Below the pieces are notes generated by a model. It ran no database searches and was not told the DNA's origin. It saw nothing but the letters and a program-made list of their open reading frames with translations. 42,392 nucleotides of DNA from positions 74,456,425-74,498,816 of the forward strand of contig NC_068985.1 in assembly GCF_001194135.2 (NCBI RefSeq). The letters are read 5' to 3'. The translations under genes were made by a program, and so were the position numbers. Source of the DNA: Octopus bimaculoides (lineage: Eukaryota). How positions within the stretch are numbered: the first letter of the stretch is position 1; each line of letters starts with the position of its first letter. This document shows, piece after piece, positions 12,398-25,870 of this stretch.

Positions 12398-12682
12398 AAA
12401 CAATTGCAGTGTGGAAGGTGTTTATTAGCCATTCAAAATAACACACAAAAGCCGTCAGATTCACTTCAAAATTTAAATTTAATTTGTCAAAATATTTTCG
12501 TCGCTTTGAGACCGAGATCTGTTCACTGACAATATTCTGTGCTAATTTTGTCAGTGAACAGGTCGCGGTCTCAAAGCGACGAAAATATTTTGACAAATTA
12601 AATTTAAATGTTGAAGTGAATCTGACAGCTTTTGTGTGTTATTTTAAATGGCTTATAAACACCTTCCACGCTGCAATTGTTT
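12398..12682. repeat. 285-bp near-perfect inverted repeat (two ~135-bp arms, 7 mismatches)
   Basis: 12398-12532 is the reverse complement of 12548-12682, aligned by hand, with a short central spacer. Confidence 0.95.
12547..12597 (+). ncRNA. Type I hammerhead ribozyme with variant G3:C8 core; mirror copy on the minus strand at ~12483-12532
   Basis: Stem I TTTGTCA/TGACAAA (7 bp); core GTGAACA; extra G; stem II GTCGC/GCGAC; GAA; palindromic stem III AATATT; UUU triplet. Confidence 0.65.
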
Positions 12683-13517
12683 TCGTTCCAGCACACGATC
12701 TCAGATCAAGTCACTTGCTATGCAAGTACATCTCCGTAATATGTATATGTGTATATATATATGTGTGTATGTGTGTATATGTATATATATATATGTATGT
12801 GTCTCCAATTCGTAAGTAGTTTTCGTAAACTAATATTCTCCGACGCTACTCTATCTCTTTCTTTTCCTCTATCATTTTCCCCCTCTCGTTCTTCCTCTTT
12901 ACTACTACGTATCTTGCTTTACCCATCTCGTTCTTCCTCTGTTACTTCTACGAATCTCTTTTTTCCCTCTCGTACTTCCTCTCTTTCTCCTTTCCTCTCG
13001 TTGCTCACCTATTATTCTACTTCCTCCCTTTGTTTCTCCCTCTACCACTCTCTCTCTTTCCCTTACACCGGCATGGTCACATGCTTCCGGTCAATAATCC
13101 TTTTCTTCCTTGGCTATCGCAAACACGCGAACTACTTCGTCCCTTTCAAGTTCGTGCCCCACAGCGTTCATACACACATAATTTTTCTCGTCTGGCCGTA
13201 AAGCCTTTTCTGTTTGTTTTCCTGTCTTGTTTTTTGTCCGCCACTACGCCGTTTTAACGATGCGTCCTGCCCAGCTCTTCGAAACGCCGGTGTTAAAACG
13301 GGGGTAGCTGATAAAGTAGAATGTTCTCTATGTGGCTTGTGTGTTTTCTCGTCTACGGTTTGTTTGCAATGTCCTGTACCCAGATATGCACCTATACATA
13401 CAGGTGGATGTCGGTACGCACATACCTGTACGTATATATGCATATNNNNNNNNNNNNNNNNNNNNNNNNNNNNACAATAAGTATGTTATTGTATATACAA
13501 TAAGTATATAATTGTAG

Positions 13518-13526
<9 letters not shown>

Positions 13527-13583
<57 letters not shown>
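13527..13583. repeat. (TG)n microsatellite
   Basis: Perfect TG array. Confidence 0.95.
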
Positions 13584-13586
<3 letters not shown>

Positions 13587-13961
13587 CAATGCGATTAGTA
13601 TCAGTTCAACCAGTAGCAATGCCTTTATGACAAATATTTATGAAATGATATGAAATAAAGTAGCCGGCTACTTGTGTTACTATTGCTTGGGTGGAAAGCA
13701 TGTAAGTCTGGAAAATATAGTCACCAGTCAGAGCTTGCAGTTAATTCAACATTTCTTTTGTTTCCTTTATAAGTATCTTAATTCAGAGAGTGAACATCTG
13801 TCGATGCTGTGTCTCAATGCATTTTGGCATTGTGTGATATCTGCCTTTTATTTGAAAACATGTTAGCATATGTGTCAACTTCAACAACACAGCTAGCATT
13901 CCTCAACGTATTAATAACACTAGAAAGATTTATAAGCCCTAAAATTCACTGCATAATTGCC

Positions 13962-14039
13962 CACGGCGTAGTGTATGGCATAGTGCTTAAGAGCGCGGGC
14001 TACTAATCCCAAGATTCCGAGTTCGATTCCAGGTAGTTA

Positions 14040-14070
<31 letters not shown>

Positions 14071-14071
14071 G

Positions 14072-14102
<31 letters not shown>

Positions 14103-14270
14103 TGATGAAGATGATGAGCATAATAATAATAATATTAACAACATCGAAAAATACCTTAGGAATGAGAACCCAGGTTCGAAATTTCCCCTAGACACCCGAT
14201 GAAGGCTGGAGGGCATATCAGCCGAAGCTTTGTGTTAACAACAATCAAATGTAGATAATGTAAATAATGT
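13962..14270 (+). mobile_element. tRNA-headed SINE-like element with internal (AAT)n and a 3' hammerhead motif
   Basis: A-box-like TGGCATAGTGC (13976-13986, partly duplicated upstream); B box GAGTTCGATTCC (14019-14030); (AAT)n at ~14044-14135; HHR fold at 14191-14236. Confidence 0.7.
14191..14236 (+). ncRNA. Degenerate type I hammerhead in SINE body
   Basis: GACAC-CCGATGA-A-GGCTG-(10 nt)-CAGCC-GAA-GCTT-T-GTGTT. Stems I and II are perfect. The core differs from consensus at U4C and A15.1G, and stem III is not self-complementary. Confidence 0.6.
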
Positions 14271-14478
14271 TCAACAACACATGCCCATTTGTCGTCGATT
14301 TGGTTTGAATATGTAGCTGCACCTAAAATGTTACTCTCAAAGTGCAGGCATGCCTATGATCCGTAGTAGAAAGGAAGTAGTTTTCTATTTTTCATGTCAC
14401 TATTCACTACAAAGAAAAAGGAAAATATTGTCTAATCACAAAGATACCGCAGGCAGATCTAGAAATTTCCCAATACCA

Positions 14479-14625
14479 CCCCAGTATACTTGTATACTTG
14501 TTTCGTTGTTGTCAACCTTGAAAAGATGACAAAAGCGGCAATATCAGGATTTGAACTGACGTTAAGGGAGTACGATAAAAAAACTGTAAGGCATTCCACC
14601 CGACTTCCTAATACATCTGCCGCCT
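14479..14625 (-). mobile_element. Highly decayed SINE family 1 remnant
   Basis: CAACCTTGAAAAGATGA...GGATTTGAACTGA...GCATTCCACCCG...TCTGCC resembles the reverse complement of family 1. Confidence 0.45.
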
Positions 14626-17409
14626 TCAACTTGTACTACATAAAAATATCGGTTTGTTATTCCCGTGGCGTTACAATGGTTACAAAGGACAGTATTTTCA
14701 GATGTTCTTGAGTTTAATTTCGTTATCTAGCCACACCGAATATAATTTATGAAATATTTTTCTACTTTTTTTTCTCTGACGTAGATTAAATTCATTGTCC
14801 GATCGCTCTCGAGGGATTTCGTGAAGAGTTTGTGTCCCTCGTCAATAACGCAACAGAAAACTAATGGTTAATAATAGTGTGTTCAAAGATATTATCTATT
14901 TTTCATATAATTTATTTTACATTCACTTGAATTTGTTATGGCTATTATGTAACGTTGAAAGCTGATTCAACTAGAATAGTTATGGTTTCCATCTCTCAAT
15001 TTTATCTGTTTATGTAATCTAATGATATGGGGAAATAGTTACAAAAAATATAAATAGAATATCAACGTGCAGTCCATTTTCTCAATCCTCTGTAATTGTT
15101 CAGTATCTCCTCCAGTTTCTATATGCATTAATATTAGCACGATTTAATGATATCCCATTACAGTCGATATTTCACAGTTTACTGACTTCTTGCTTTTTAG
15201 AGCAAGAAAAACAAGTAGAATTAACAAGTATAGTTGTAACAATACTAACAATAGCCGATATTAATTTATTCATATTCGAATATTTTTTGTGAACGTATTT
15301 CCATAAATATACATGACCGAAAAAAGATATTTATATATACTAAGAGATAAGTAACAAAACGAGATAACTAAAGATGCAAAGCGATGTGTTAAAATGCAAA
15401 CAGAATACATATTCACTTTGTGGAATGTTTTGCATACTAATACAAATATGTTAAGCTATTACGAATGTAAAATAAAAGCAATAAGCAATATCTCCACTGT
15501 TTGCATTGAGACAATGAAAATGCGACACACTTTGGCTGAATACTCTCTTGCCGAAAATATATATGTTTTAGCCGTTAAGAAGCTCTCTAAAGCCCTTTAG
15601 TCTGCTTTGGTATTCTAGACTGTCGCAAAGTATAAGTGATTGACACAATTGAATAAATACTCGTATACACGTCTATGTGTGAATGAGTATTTTTGTGTGT
15701 GTGACTGTGTGTGTGTATGTCTATGTGCGTGTGCGAGTGTATGCGTGTATGTGCCTGTTTTTGATTCCGTGTATATGTGTCCGTGTCAGTGTGTGAAACG
15801 TTGCTTAGAGATATCGACAATCTGAATGAAAATAATATATACCCCAGAGAAGCATTCTCTTTTGAGTAAGTATAAATATAGGAAGATTCCTGCATGTGTA
15901 ATATTCTGAGATAAAGACTTTCCATTCACCATTGATTCTGCTAAAAGAAACTTGTGGGTAAAAGTTCCCTCTTAGTGTATTAAAATAGAAACACACAAAA
16001 AGAAGAGAGATCTTTTAGAGATATAAATATGGCTGTTACTATTAGATTACAAGCACGTCTCACTGGACAATGTAAGTCAAATTAGTACTTTTCATCTCAC
16101 TGTATTTCATATGTGAGATTCCACTGTATATAAATTCTGCTATTTTATCTCTGATAACACTCGTTATTTTCTAATGTATCCTGAATTTAATTTATAATCC
16201 TATTGCGCTTAGTGAGTCTTGTTATATTGTTTATACACACAGACGCGCGCACACACACGTACACACACACACACGCACCCACACACACGCACACTCACAC
16301 ACACACGCACGCACACACACGTATATATGCATATGTCTATTCACACATACATATATGTATATATAGGTACATTTATATGTAAATAATTGCATATGTGTAA
16401 TACACATGCATATGTATGTACGTACGTATGTATGTATGTATGTATGTATGTATGTATGAATGAATGCATATGTTCATATATGCATATGTGTCGACGTTTC
16501 TTCAAATTTGATTTAATGTGGCTCCAGTTGTTGATTTCACCATATTATGGACAATAATCCACGATATGCAGTGAGCAAAGATGTTGGACAACGAACTGAG
16601 AATTTCAATGTTCACACGATGTATGTGTTGGACGAATCATCGATTAAAAAGTGAAATAGCTTACTTTTTCAACTGTCAGCAGTCGGTATCGTGGTGTTCA
16701 CACAAGTTCGATGTGAGTAAGGCCTGACGAAATTAAGCATTCAATAGGTAGGAATTTCGGAGTTTCACAAAAAAATGTCTTATAGGCAAAAGCGGTTGAT
16801 TTGATGAAGTGATAAATGGTCACATACTTTCACTATGTGCAATTTCATCACTCTTATTGTATGTATGTATGTATGCACAAACTGTTCATGTGCCTACCTC
16901 ATTCATATAGCAATGAATAAAATATATATAAATATGAACAATTCAACATCAGCTGTAAGGAACATCTATTAAAATAACAGAAGATATATAGATAACCAGA
17001 CTATATGTTATTATATAATTTCTAAATTGTCATTTGAAGATATATGACCATTGTAAAAGGTGTCTATACGAATATTTCTGTCTTGTTTTAGTCATGTTCA
17101 TAATGGGTTTCACTTTCAAATATTACTGGCTGGGGGTAATACAAATTGCGTGTACGTCTGTGCGAGCGCATGTGCGTGCCTGTCTGTACAAAGTAGAAAA
17201 CAGAAAAGAACAGACCATTAACAGTTATCAATCCTAAATCAAAAATGCAAGTGAGTGTATTATTAGCTGTTGTTCAACATAGACTTCAACATTCAACACT
17301 CAGTGCTACAAAAATTGTTTCTAATTGCTTAACCGCGTTTTAACACTCCCCATCACATCTACAATCGGTATCCAGGGAATCTGATCAATAATATCATATC
17401 TTTTGTTTT

Positions 17410-17784
17410 TTTCTTCTTCCAGTCATTAGACAGCAGTCATGCTGCCGCACTACCTTGAAGAATATTTTTAGTCGAATATATCGACCCCAATTATTATAGA
17501 TTTTAAAAACCCGGTACTTATTCTATCTGCTCTTTTGCCGAACCGCTATGTTACGGGGAAGTACAAACACCAGCACCGGTTGCCAAGCGTTGGTGGGAAA
17601 CAAGCACAAACACAAACACACATAGATATATACCAATATACGAAGGGTTTCTTTCAGTTGCCGTCTGTCATAAGGCTTTAGTCAGCCCGAGGCTGTAGTA
17701 GAAGAACTCTGCTTAAATTGTCACGCAATGGGACTAAACTCTGAACCATGTGTTTATGAAGCAAGCTCTTTACCACGCATCCAC
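17410..17784 (-). mobile_element. tRNA-derived SINE, family 2
   Basis: Minus-strand head GTGGATGCGTGGTAAAGAGCTTGC...GAGTTTAGTCCC. The body segment GGTACTTATTCTATCTGCTCTTTTGCCGAACCGCT is shared, reverse-complemented, with 40040-40195. Confidence 0.8.
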
Positions 17785-18846
17785 ATTTCACTTAAGTTAA
17801 ATGTCATTTAGCATCAACTATGAATAACATTGGTGAACATGGTTCTGTTGTCTGGTGCTGGAGATATGTTTCCAGGTGATTTTGAGGTGCTAATTTCAGA
17901 CTTAGAAATCAATTTTGCTCTGTCACGCCCAAATTTTTCACAAAGTCAAATCTCCACGTTTCAACATTTCCAGTATTGTCAAAATTTCTGATGATAGATT
18001 TGGCCTCATCAAATGCCGGCTCACGTATGTAGCTTGACATAACTTTGAAAACATAAATGTTCAATATCATTTAAAGTAAATGCAACTACAAAAGTAAAAA
18101 CACAATTATTGCGTTAAGTATCTTTGGTAAATAAAAAGCATTATGCTTGAGAAATTTACATCTACACAGTTTTGAATACCATAACGATGACAGAAATATG
18201 TTTTATGCAACTAGATGTTACTAAACAACACACTTCTGTGGTCCTTGACATCATACATGTTTCATATTTTTGGAATTTGTCTGTAGATATGCCTACGCTT
18301 TGCTTGATTTAGTGTGGCTATCGCTAAAACTCAGGTGAGATACGTGTTATTACACCTTTAACTATTTCTTATGAAAATTTCATACTGTAAATGCGCCTTA
18401 GTGATTTAATTTTGAGATCACAGCATCATCAAAGAACCTTACAAAGGACTTTATGTTATGTATACTCTTTATGGAACTTTAGCATCAAGCATCTTCCTTT
18501 GCTTACAGTTGTCGATTCTGAAAATGCTTTATCAGTGGGGTACTTTCAGAACCGGGCAAGTGAGGTAAGAGCTTACGACAAACCTTTAGTTACTTAAGAC
18601 AGACATCTACGATGGATTCCCTTTAACCATAGAATAATGTATGTGTGAATAAGCACTTACCAAAATCTACCGTTGTAATCAAAGATTAAGTTTTTACAAG
18701 GTGCGTATTGTCATGGAAATAATCATATGCACAACTAGAAATGGTTTCAGGCTGATAAACAATTTCTTCAAATATTTACTTTTGTTATATTAGAACGTAA
18801 AGATGCTTTGTACAGAAAGCTGTTCAAATAAATTTAAAATGGTAAA

Positions 18847-20226
<1,380 letters not shown>

Positions 20227-20252
20227 CTATTTCAGAAATATCACCAGTTTTC

Positions 20253-20935
20253 TCAGAAGAAAATGCCAGAACACTTCCGATGCCTTCTGCTACAGTTGTG
20301 GATGTTAATCTTACCCAAGCAACAAAATGAAATAAATCACAGATTTTGTGAAGACAGTTCACCTTACGTCTTTTGACATGATATTGGGTGATGAAAGACA
20401 GAGCCTTGGCACCCAAATAATATGTAAGTTATGTGTTGAGACACTGAGACAGTGACTGTTTGAAATAGTTAAGCAGAAAGTTTCCAGCTTAATTTTGTGT
20501 GAAAATTTAGGTGTATATGTTTGACAGCCCACAGATTTATGTGGCTACTGCAGAACAAGTTGCTTTTGGAGACCGTGTTTGGCACTAAAAAAGAAGCATG
20601 GAATGCTTTTACAGTAGTTGTGGCTGATTTCCTGAGAAAGAGAAAGTCACGAAATTATGAAGAATGTCTGCAGAACTTATTAACCAGTTTTCGGGCAATA
20701 TGTTGCAACATGCGTCAAAAAGTGTATTTTCTGCACAGCCATCAGGACTACTTCCCTGAAAATCAGAGTGCAATAAGCAAAGAGCAAGGAGAAATATTCC
20801 ACCAAGTTATCGAGACAATGGGCACTAGATAGCAAAGCAGGTGGAACGCAAACATGATGACTGATTACTGCTGGTGTCTGCAAAAGAACTGTCGTGATTC
20901 AAGTTATTCACGTGAAGTAGCAATGAGGAATTTCA
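20253..20935 (+). pseudogene. Chapaev-3-like transposase remnant (N-terminal Cys domain and C-terminus; centre deleted)
   Basis: [16 protein letters not shown]...ITDFVKTV...LGD...[12 protein letters not shown]. Then KEAWNAFTVVVADFL...NMRQKVYFLHSHQDYFPENQSAISKEQGEIFHQVIETMGTR*QSRWNANMMTDYCWCL, matching the remembered Chapaev-3 pattern HFLHSHLDFFPEN..SDEHGERFHQ...YCW. Confidence 0.85.
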
Positions 20936-23640
20936 CTTTTTGAGAAGCTAGAACTCCAATTTGAAAGAAATATATCTCCTAAGATGTATAATATAGTTGC
21001 TAAGCAATAACATGTCCTTATGGTTTGTATTAGACTCTTATTTTAGTATTAAATTAATGCCAAGACTGACATATTTTTGGTGTTTAAAAAACCTGCCGAG
21101 ATAAAAAAAAATTACTGAGGGTATTTCTGAATCGAGCACCATCATGTTAGGTACAACTAATTGTAAAAATCAAGGCAACTAAACATTTTTCGTAAATAAT
21201 CCACTGTGCGATAAATATCATAATAAAAGCAGCTAACCAACACTGTTAATTAGTGACAAAAACATAGCAATTATGTTTATTCAGAGAACATGCTGTAAAA
21301 AGGAAACTCTGAAGTGACAGAATAAAACTGATTGAAGTTTTGAAATTAACAACATTCCACTTTTAGTCTAAATCAAGTAGAAAAACAAACTCAACATAAA
21401 TTATGTTCAAATTTCTTCCGCAGTGTAATTTTTGCTGATAACAGTTATATAAAATAGTTATCAACCAGCATATTTATTTGTAACTGATGCTTTGACAAGA
21501 AAACAAATTTTAAATGTAGTCTCATAGTACACTTCTCAATAAACACCTCTAGCATCTGACCCACATATGTGCTCAGTCTCCTCCTGTTGACTTTACTATT
21601 GTAAGTTTAATGGATTAGACGCGAGCCAAGAAAATACGGGCACACCTGGCAAGTTCCTGTCATCACTCACTTTGTGTTCAGCTATCTACTTGCAAACAAC
21701 CTTGCGTAGAAATGTATTCCCAGAACGCTGACTATCTGGATGCTCCTCAAATAGGAGTGTTAATATATTTTTATTGGTGTTGCACTTATCACGAAAATAT
21801 TTAAAACTGAAAGCGCAAAGTAATTTTGATGATGAAATCTAGATAATTTTACGATCCACAAAACTCAAAGAAAATTATTGAATTAAATGTAAGTTGCATT
21901 TTTGATGTAAATCACGTAAACATTTAACTATTACAGAGGTCAATCCAGATTTCATGTATAGTTTCTGTAATCTTTTTATTTGATAATATCGAGAATTTGG
22001 ATTGGCTGAAAATATTACGCAATAATTTTCCTTGAAAATTACGTTAAAATCGATAAGCTCTTTCCTTCTAAATATTTCTGAACAACGTAAGGCACTTTAT
22101 TTCAAACTCACAAAGCAACAAATTCTGATAGGTTTCGTACGTCGAAATCATGATTACATTAAACCATAATAAAGGCTATTTATTTTCCAACAACTCAGTA
22201 TGCCTTCTTATAAACCCATTTCATGCATTTGACATTAAAATACAAGTATGAATTTCAACAGCAAATGTCCATCAAAAGTTCGAATATGATACAACAATAA
22301 TCGTATCGTTCACGAGTTTTCAAAAGAAAGTGCGTGCTTTAAATTAAAGTTTACTGAGTAGACGCATGAACTAGTCGTTTGCAAACCATAAAGGTTACCA
22401 AGGTCAGTTGCTTCCTACATATTCTACCTGAATTGGTGTCAAGTCAACAACCCAATTTATGGTATGGTATTCCCTGAATGCAGAAATGGAGAAGATATTT
22501 AAGTAAAACGAATATTGCCATAACAATTCCGAAATATAAACCTCAACCAGTAAAATAATAAATATAATGCGAAATCACTTTCTATTTATCTCAAGTTGAG
22601 AGATGACGTTTAAACGTCATTAGCTCACAGGATTACTGTGGAGTGGTAGCAACAATACAACCAGTGGAAAGTAAGTAATTAGCATTGGAAATCTGCAGGC
22701 GTAGGAAATATTTGTTGGGGAAATAAAAGAAGAAATAGTGCTTTGAAACTGAAGATATATAGACAAGCAACAAATCTTGAGTGTGTATATAGACATTATT
22801 ATTTATAAATCTTCTGAAATATAACAATATATTTCAATATTATTTGATGAAGTAACGAGAAGAGCTGGGGCCGTTAATTGTTCCAGCTCGTACATACACA
22901 CTTTGTTTCGCTGGTTCAAGAGTGGAGAAAACGAAATATTTTCATGTTCGCTCTTGAAAACACAGGCTTCTAAAACAATTAACGGAAGCATGTTTACCTT
23001 TTGCGAATCAACTCCAGTACCGCTGAAAATATCTGCTCATTAAGTCATTTCACAACAAAATTCTTGCAAAATAAATTCAAATTTACTATAAATTGCTACG
23101 CGAAAGAAAAGAAGTTAAATCACCAGCGGATTGAACCTGAAAATCCTGCACCTTGTATGTATGTAAGTATGTATGTATGTATGTATGTATGTTTGTATGT
23201 ATGTGTGTATGTATGTGTATGTATGCATGCGAAATGAAGACGCATATTTGTATGTATGCGTGCGCATGTGTATGTGTGGGTAGGTGTGTTCATGTGTATC
23301 CTCGCCTCCTTGTTTTTCCGATAGCGGAAGACACGAGCACGAGCACTCACGTTCTCTGGATAAAGTCGAGGGTGAGGGTACGGAAGAGAGGAGGAAGCGC
23401 AGTCCCGATAGGAGTGGAAGACACAATTACGACAGCAAATTAGAGGCGAGGAGTTGGGACGACTTGAACATAGTCGTGTATTTATGGAACGAGCATAAGA
23501 GATGAAAGAAAGGGGTTTCCTCATGCATACCATTATGTGTGTGTGCGTAAGTGAGAGAGACATAGAGAGAGAGAGAGAGAGGGGAAGAGAGAGAGAGGAA
23601 GAGAGAGAGAGTATGTGTGTATGTATATATGTGTATCCAT

Positions 23641-23688
<48 letters not shown>

Positions 23689-25056
23689 GTTTGTGTGTGT
23701 GTCTGTGTGCATGTGTGTGTATGTATGTATATATGTATGTATGCATGTGTATGCATACATACATATATTACACAGATTAATCCATATCGCTCTCTCCGGA
23801 GTTGAATTAATTGTGAGTGAAATATGTTAAACCCCAATTGAGACTGATTGACTCCATTTAATGGACCCATAATTTGCTTTCGGTACCTCAAAGGCATTAG
23901 TTAAATTCTTTCCGATCAGATTAGCAATAACTTTTGAAACAACGTGATGAAGCATATTTTTCACGTATTAAGTAGCATTTTAAATATATCCAGCACATAA
24001 TTATATAAAAGTATTTTCCATATTAATATGCAACGAGATGAGAGAGAATTTTCCGAAAGCATGTCGGTACACATTGTAAACAGGGAGGCGATATAAGAGA
24101 GATACAGCACGTTAGGAGAATCAAAGGAGAGAGGGATTACCTATCTGGCACGAGTTGAGACAGAATGTCTGAATAAATGTTATGAGTTTGTAATATTTAA
24201 TAAATCACAGCACACTTACGAGTATGTTCAAAAGAGATTTCTTGGGAATACTGTCTGGATGGTTTCTATAAACTCGCGCATTTCGAAAATGCTTTCAGTT
24301 TTCAAACCATTTTCGATTACCGTATGGAAAGACATAGTCTATAGACTCTCATATTTTCTTCGTAATCTCATCAGTAAATATAATGCATGTATTATCATGC
24401 ATGAAATAAAGGCGATACTGCCAAGTGTTTCTTGATAGACACATATGTGTGTGCACGAGCGTGGGCTTACTTTCGTACGTGTGGTGATACAACGAAACAT
24501 ATTTATGCATATCTGGATGTACTTATGCGTGTATGTACATATATGTGTAGACGTGTGTACGTCGGTGAGTGTAAAGAAAATAGGAGACAGTTGAAGCGAT
24601 CGATATCTTCGGACAAACCAGCCCACAGCGCTGACATTCGCATATTTCACTCACACAAACAGGCAAATGATGCTCTCTCTCCTAACTTCGAAAGTCATAA
24701 TTTCGTTGCCTATCCAACTTCTTGTCTATTCTTCTTGCTTCAACTTGCGTCCTTTTGTTCTGAATCATCATTCCTTCTTATTTTCTTCTACTCTGGACTA
24801 TCTTACTCTTATCGAAGAAAAGCTATGTTCGAAAGTTATAATTTCACATGAAATTTTCCTTCTAAAATATACTAGTTTAGCAACGAAATACCAAATAATA
24901 TACTCATTGTGTACGTCTATTTGACTATTCCTTTTGGATTTGTTCTTGAATTTTCTGTTCGTAACAGATTTTACATACATAGCTACATTCAAATATACAC
25001 ACACACGCACACACACACACGCACACACACTCGCACACGCACACACACACACACGC

Positions 25057-25107
<51 letters not shown>

Positions 25108-25640
25108 AGATGCTTGCATAAGAGAACATTTATCATTGTTCAATATAAATCGGTTATAAATATTTAAAGAACGAACAATTTTTCAAATAACTAATTACAA
25201 GAAATAAACGAGTGATTATCCAGTCAATACTTGAATTGAAGATAGCTCGCATCTAAATTAAGATAACACTCCACATCATAGAACACAAAAAAATCAACAT
25301 AAATTAACCTCTTAAATCTCAAGAGAAGACTCTGAAGAAACTTCACCGGTAATATAGTAAGTTTACAATTGCAATGGTTACAAATCGATGCTGTAGAAAC
25401 ATGTCTAGGTCCATTGGAGGCTGTATTTATATATGAAAATGAATTAAAGGTAATGCTAATGCTACTTCGTAATAATCCTTATTATTAGTAGTATTATTAT
25501 TATACATACATATACGCTCAATTCGCGGATGTTAGATCCACATCAGGGATTATATAATTCCCCTGATTAATCACAATCTTATAATAAAAAAGTCCCAGCG
25601 ATATGTTAGGGGTTATTGTAGTAATATATATTATTAATAT

Positions 25641-25870
25641 TTATTTCTTTATTGCCCTCATGTCAATAGAGGGGACACACAAGGACAGACAAAGGGATTA
25701 CACTGATTACCTCGACCCTAGTGCGTAACTGGTACTTATTTAATCAACCCCGAAAGGATGAAATGCAAAGTCGACCTACGCGGAATTAGAACTCAGGACA
25801 AAGTACCGACAGACCATATACCGCGAAGCCTTTTGCCCGGCGTGCTAACAGTTCTGCCATCTCACCGCCC
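25641..25870 (-). mobile_element. tRNA-derived SINE, family 1
   Basis: Reverse complement of the family 1 head and core (CCCCGAAAGGATGAAATGCAAAGTCGACC...CCCGGCGTGCTAAC..TCTGCCA..CCGCC). Confidence 0.85.

Noticed and set aside
13962-14043. Functional tRNA gene
   Set aside because: No complete cloverleaf or acceptor stem, a duplicated A-box region, and it continues into a repeat body, so it is a SINE head.
16540-16730. Weak mariner-like peptide (MDNNPRYAVSKDVG...)
   Set aside because: Similarity is too vague, with no TIR or catalytic motifs.
20236-20416. N-terminal part of ORF 19892..20416 as NHL protein sequence
   Set aside because: It is the antisense of the Chapaev transposase N-terminus, has no ATG and shows no B-box pattern.
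22628-22674. 40-nt candidate micro-exon (DYCGVVATIQPVE) with a GTAAGT donor
   Set aside because: Poor acceptor context and no linked exons.
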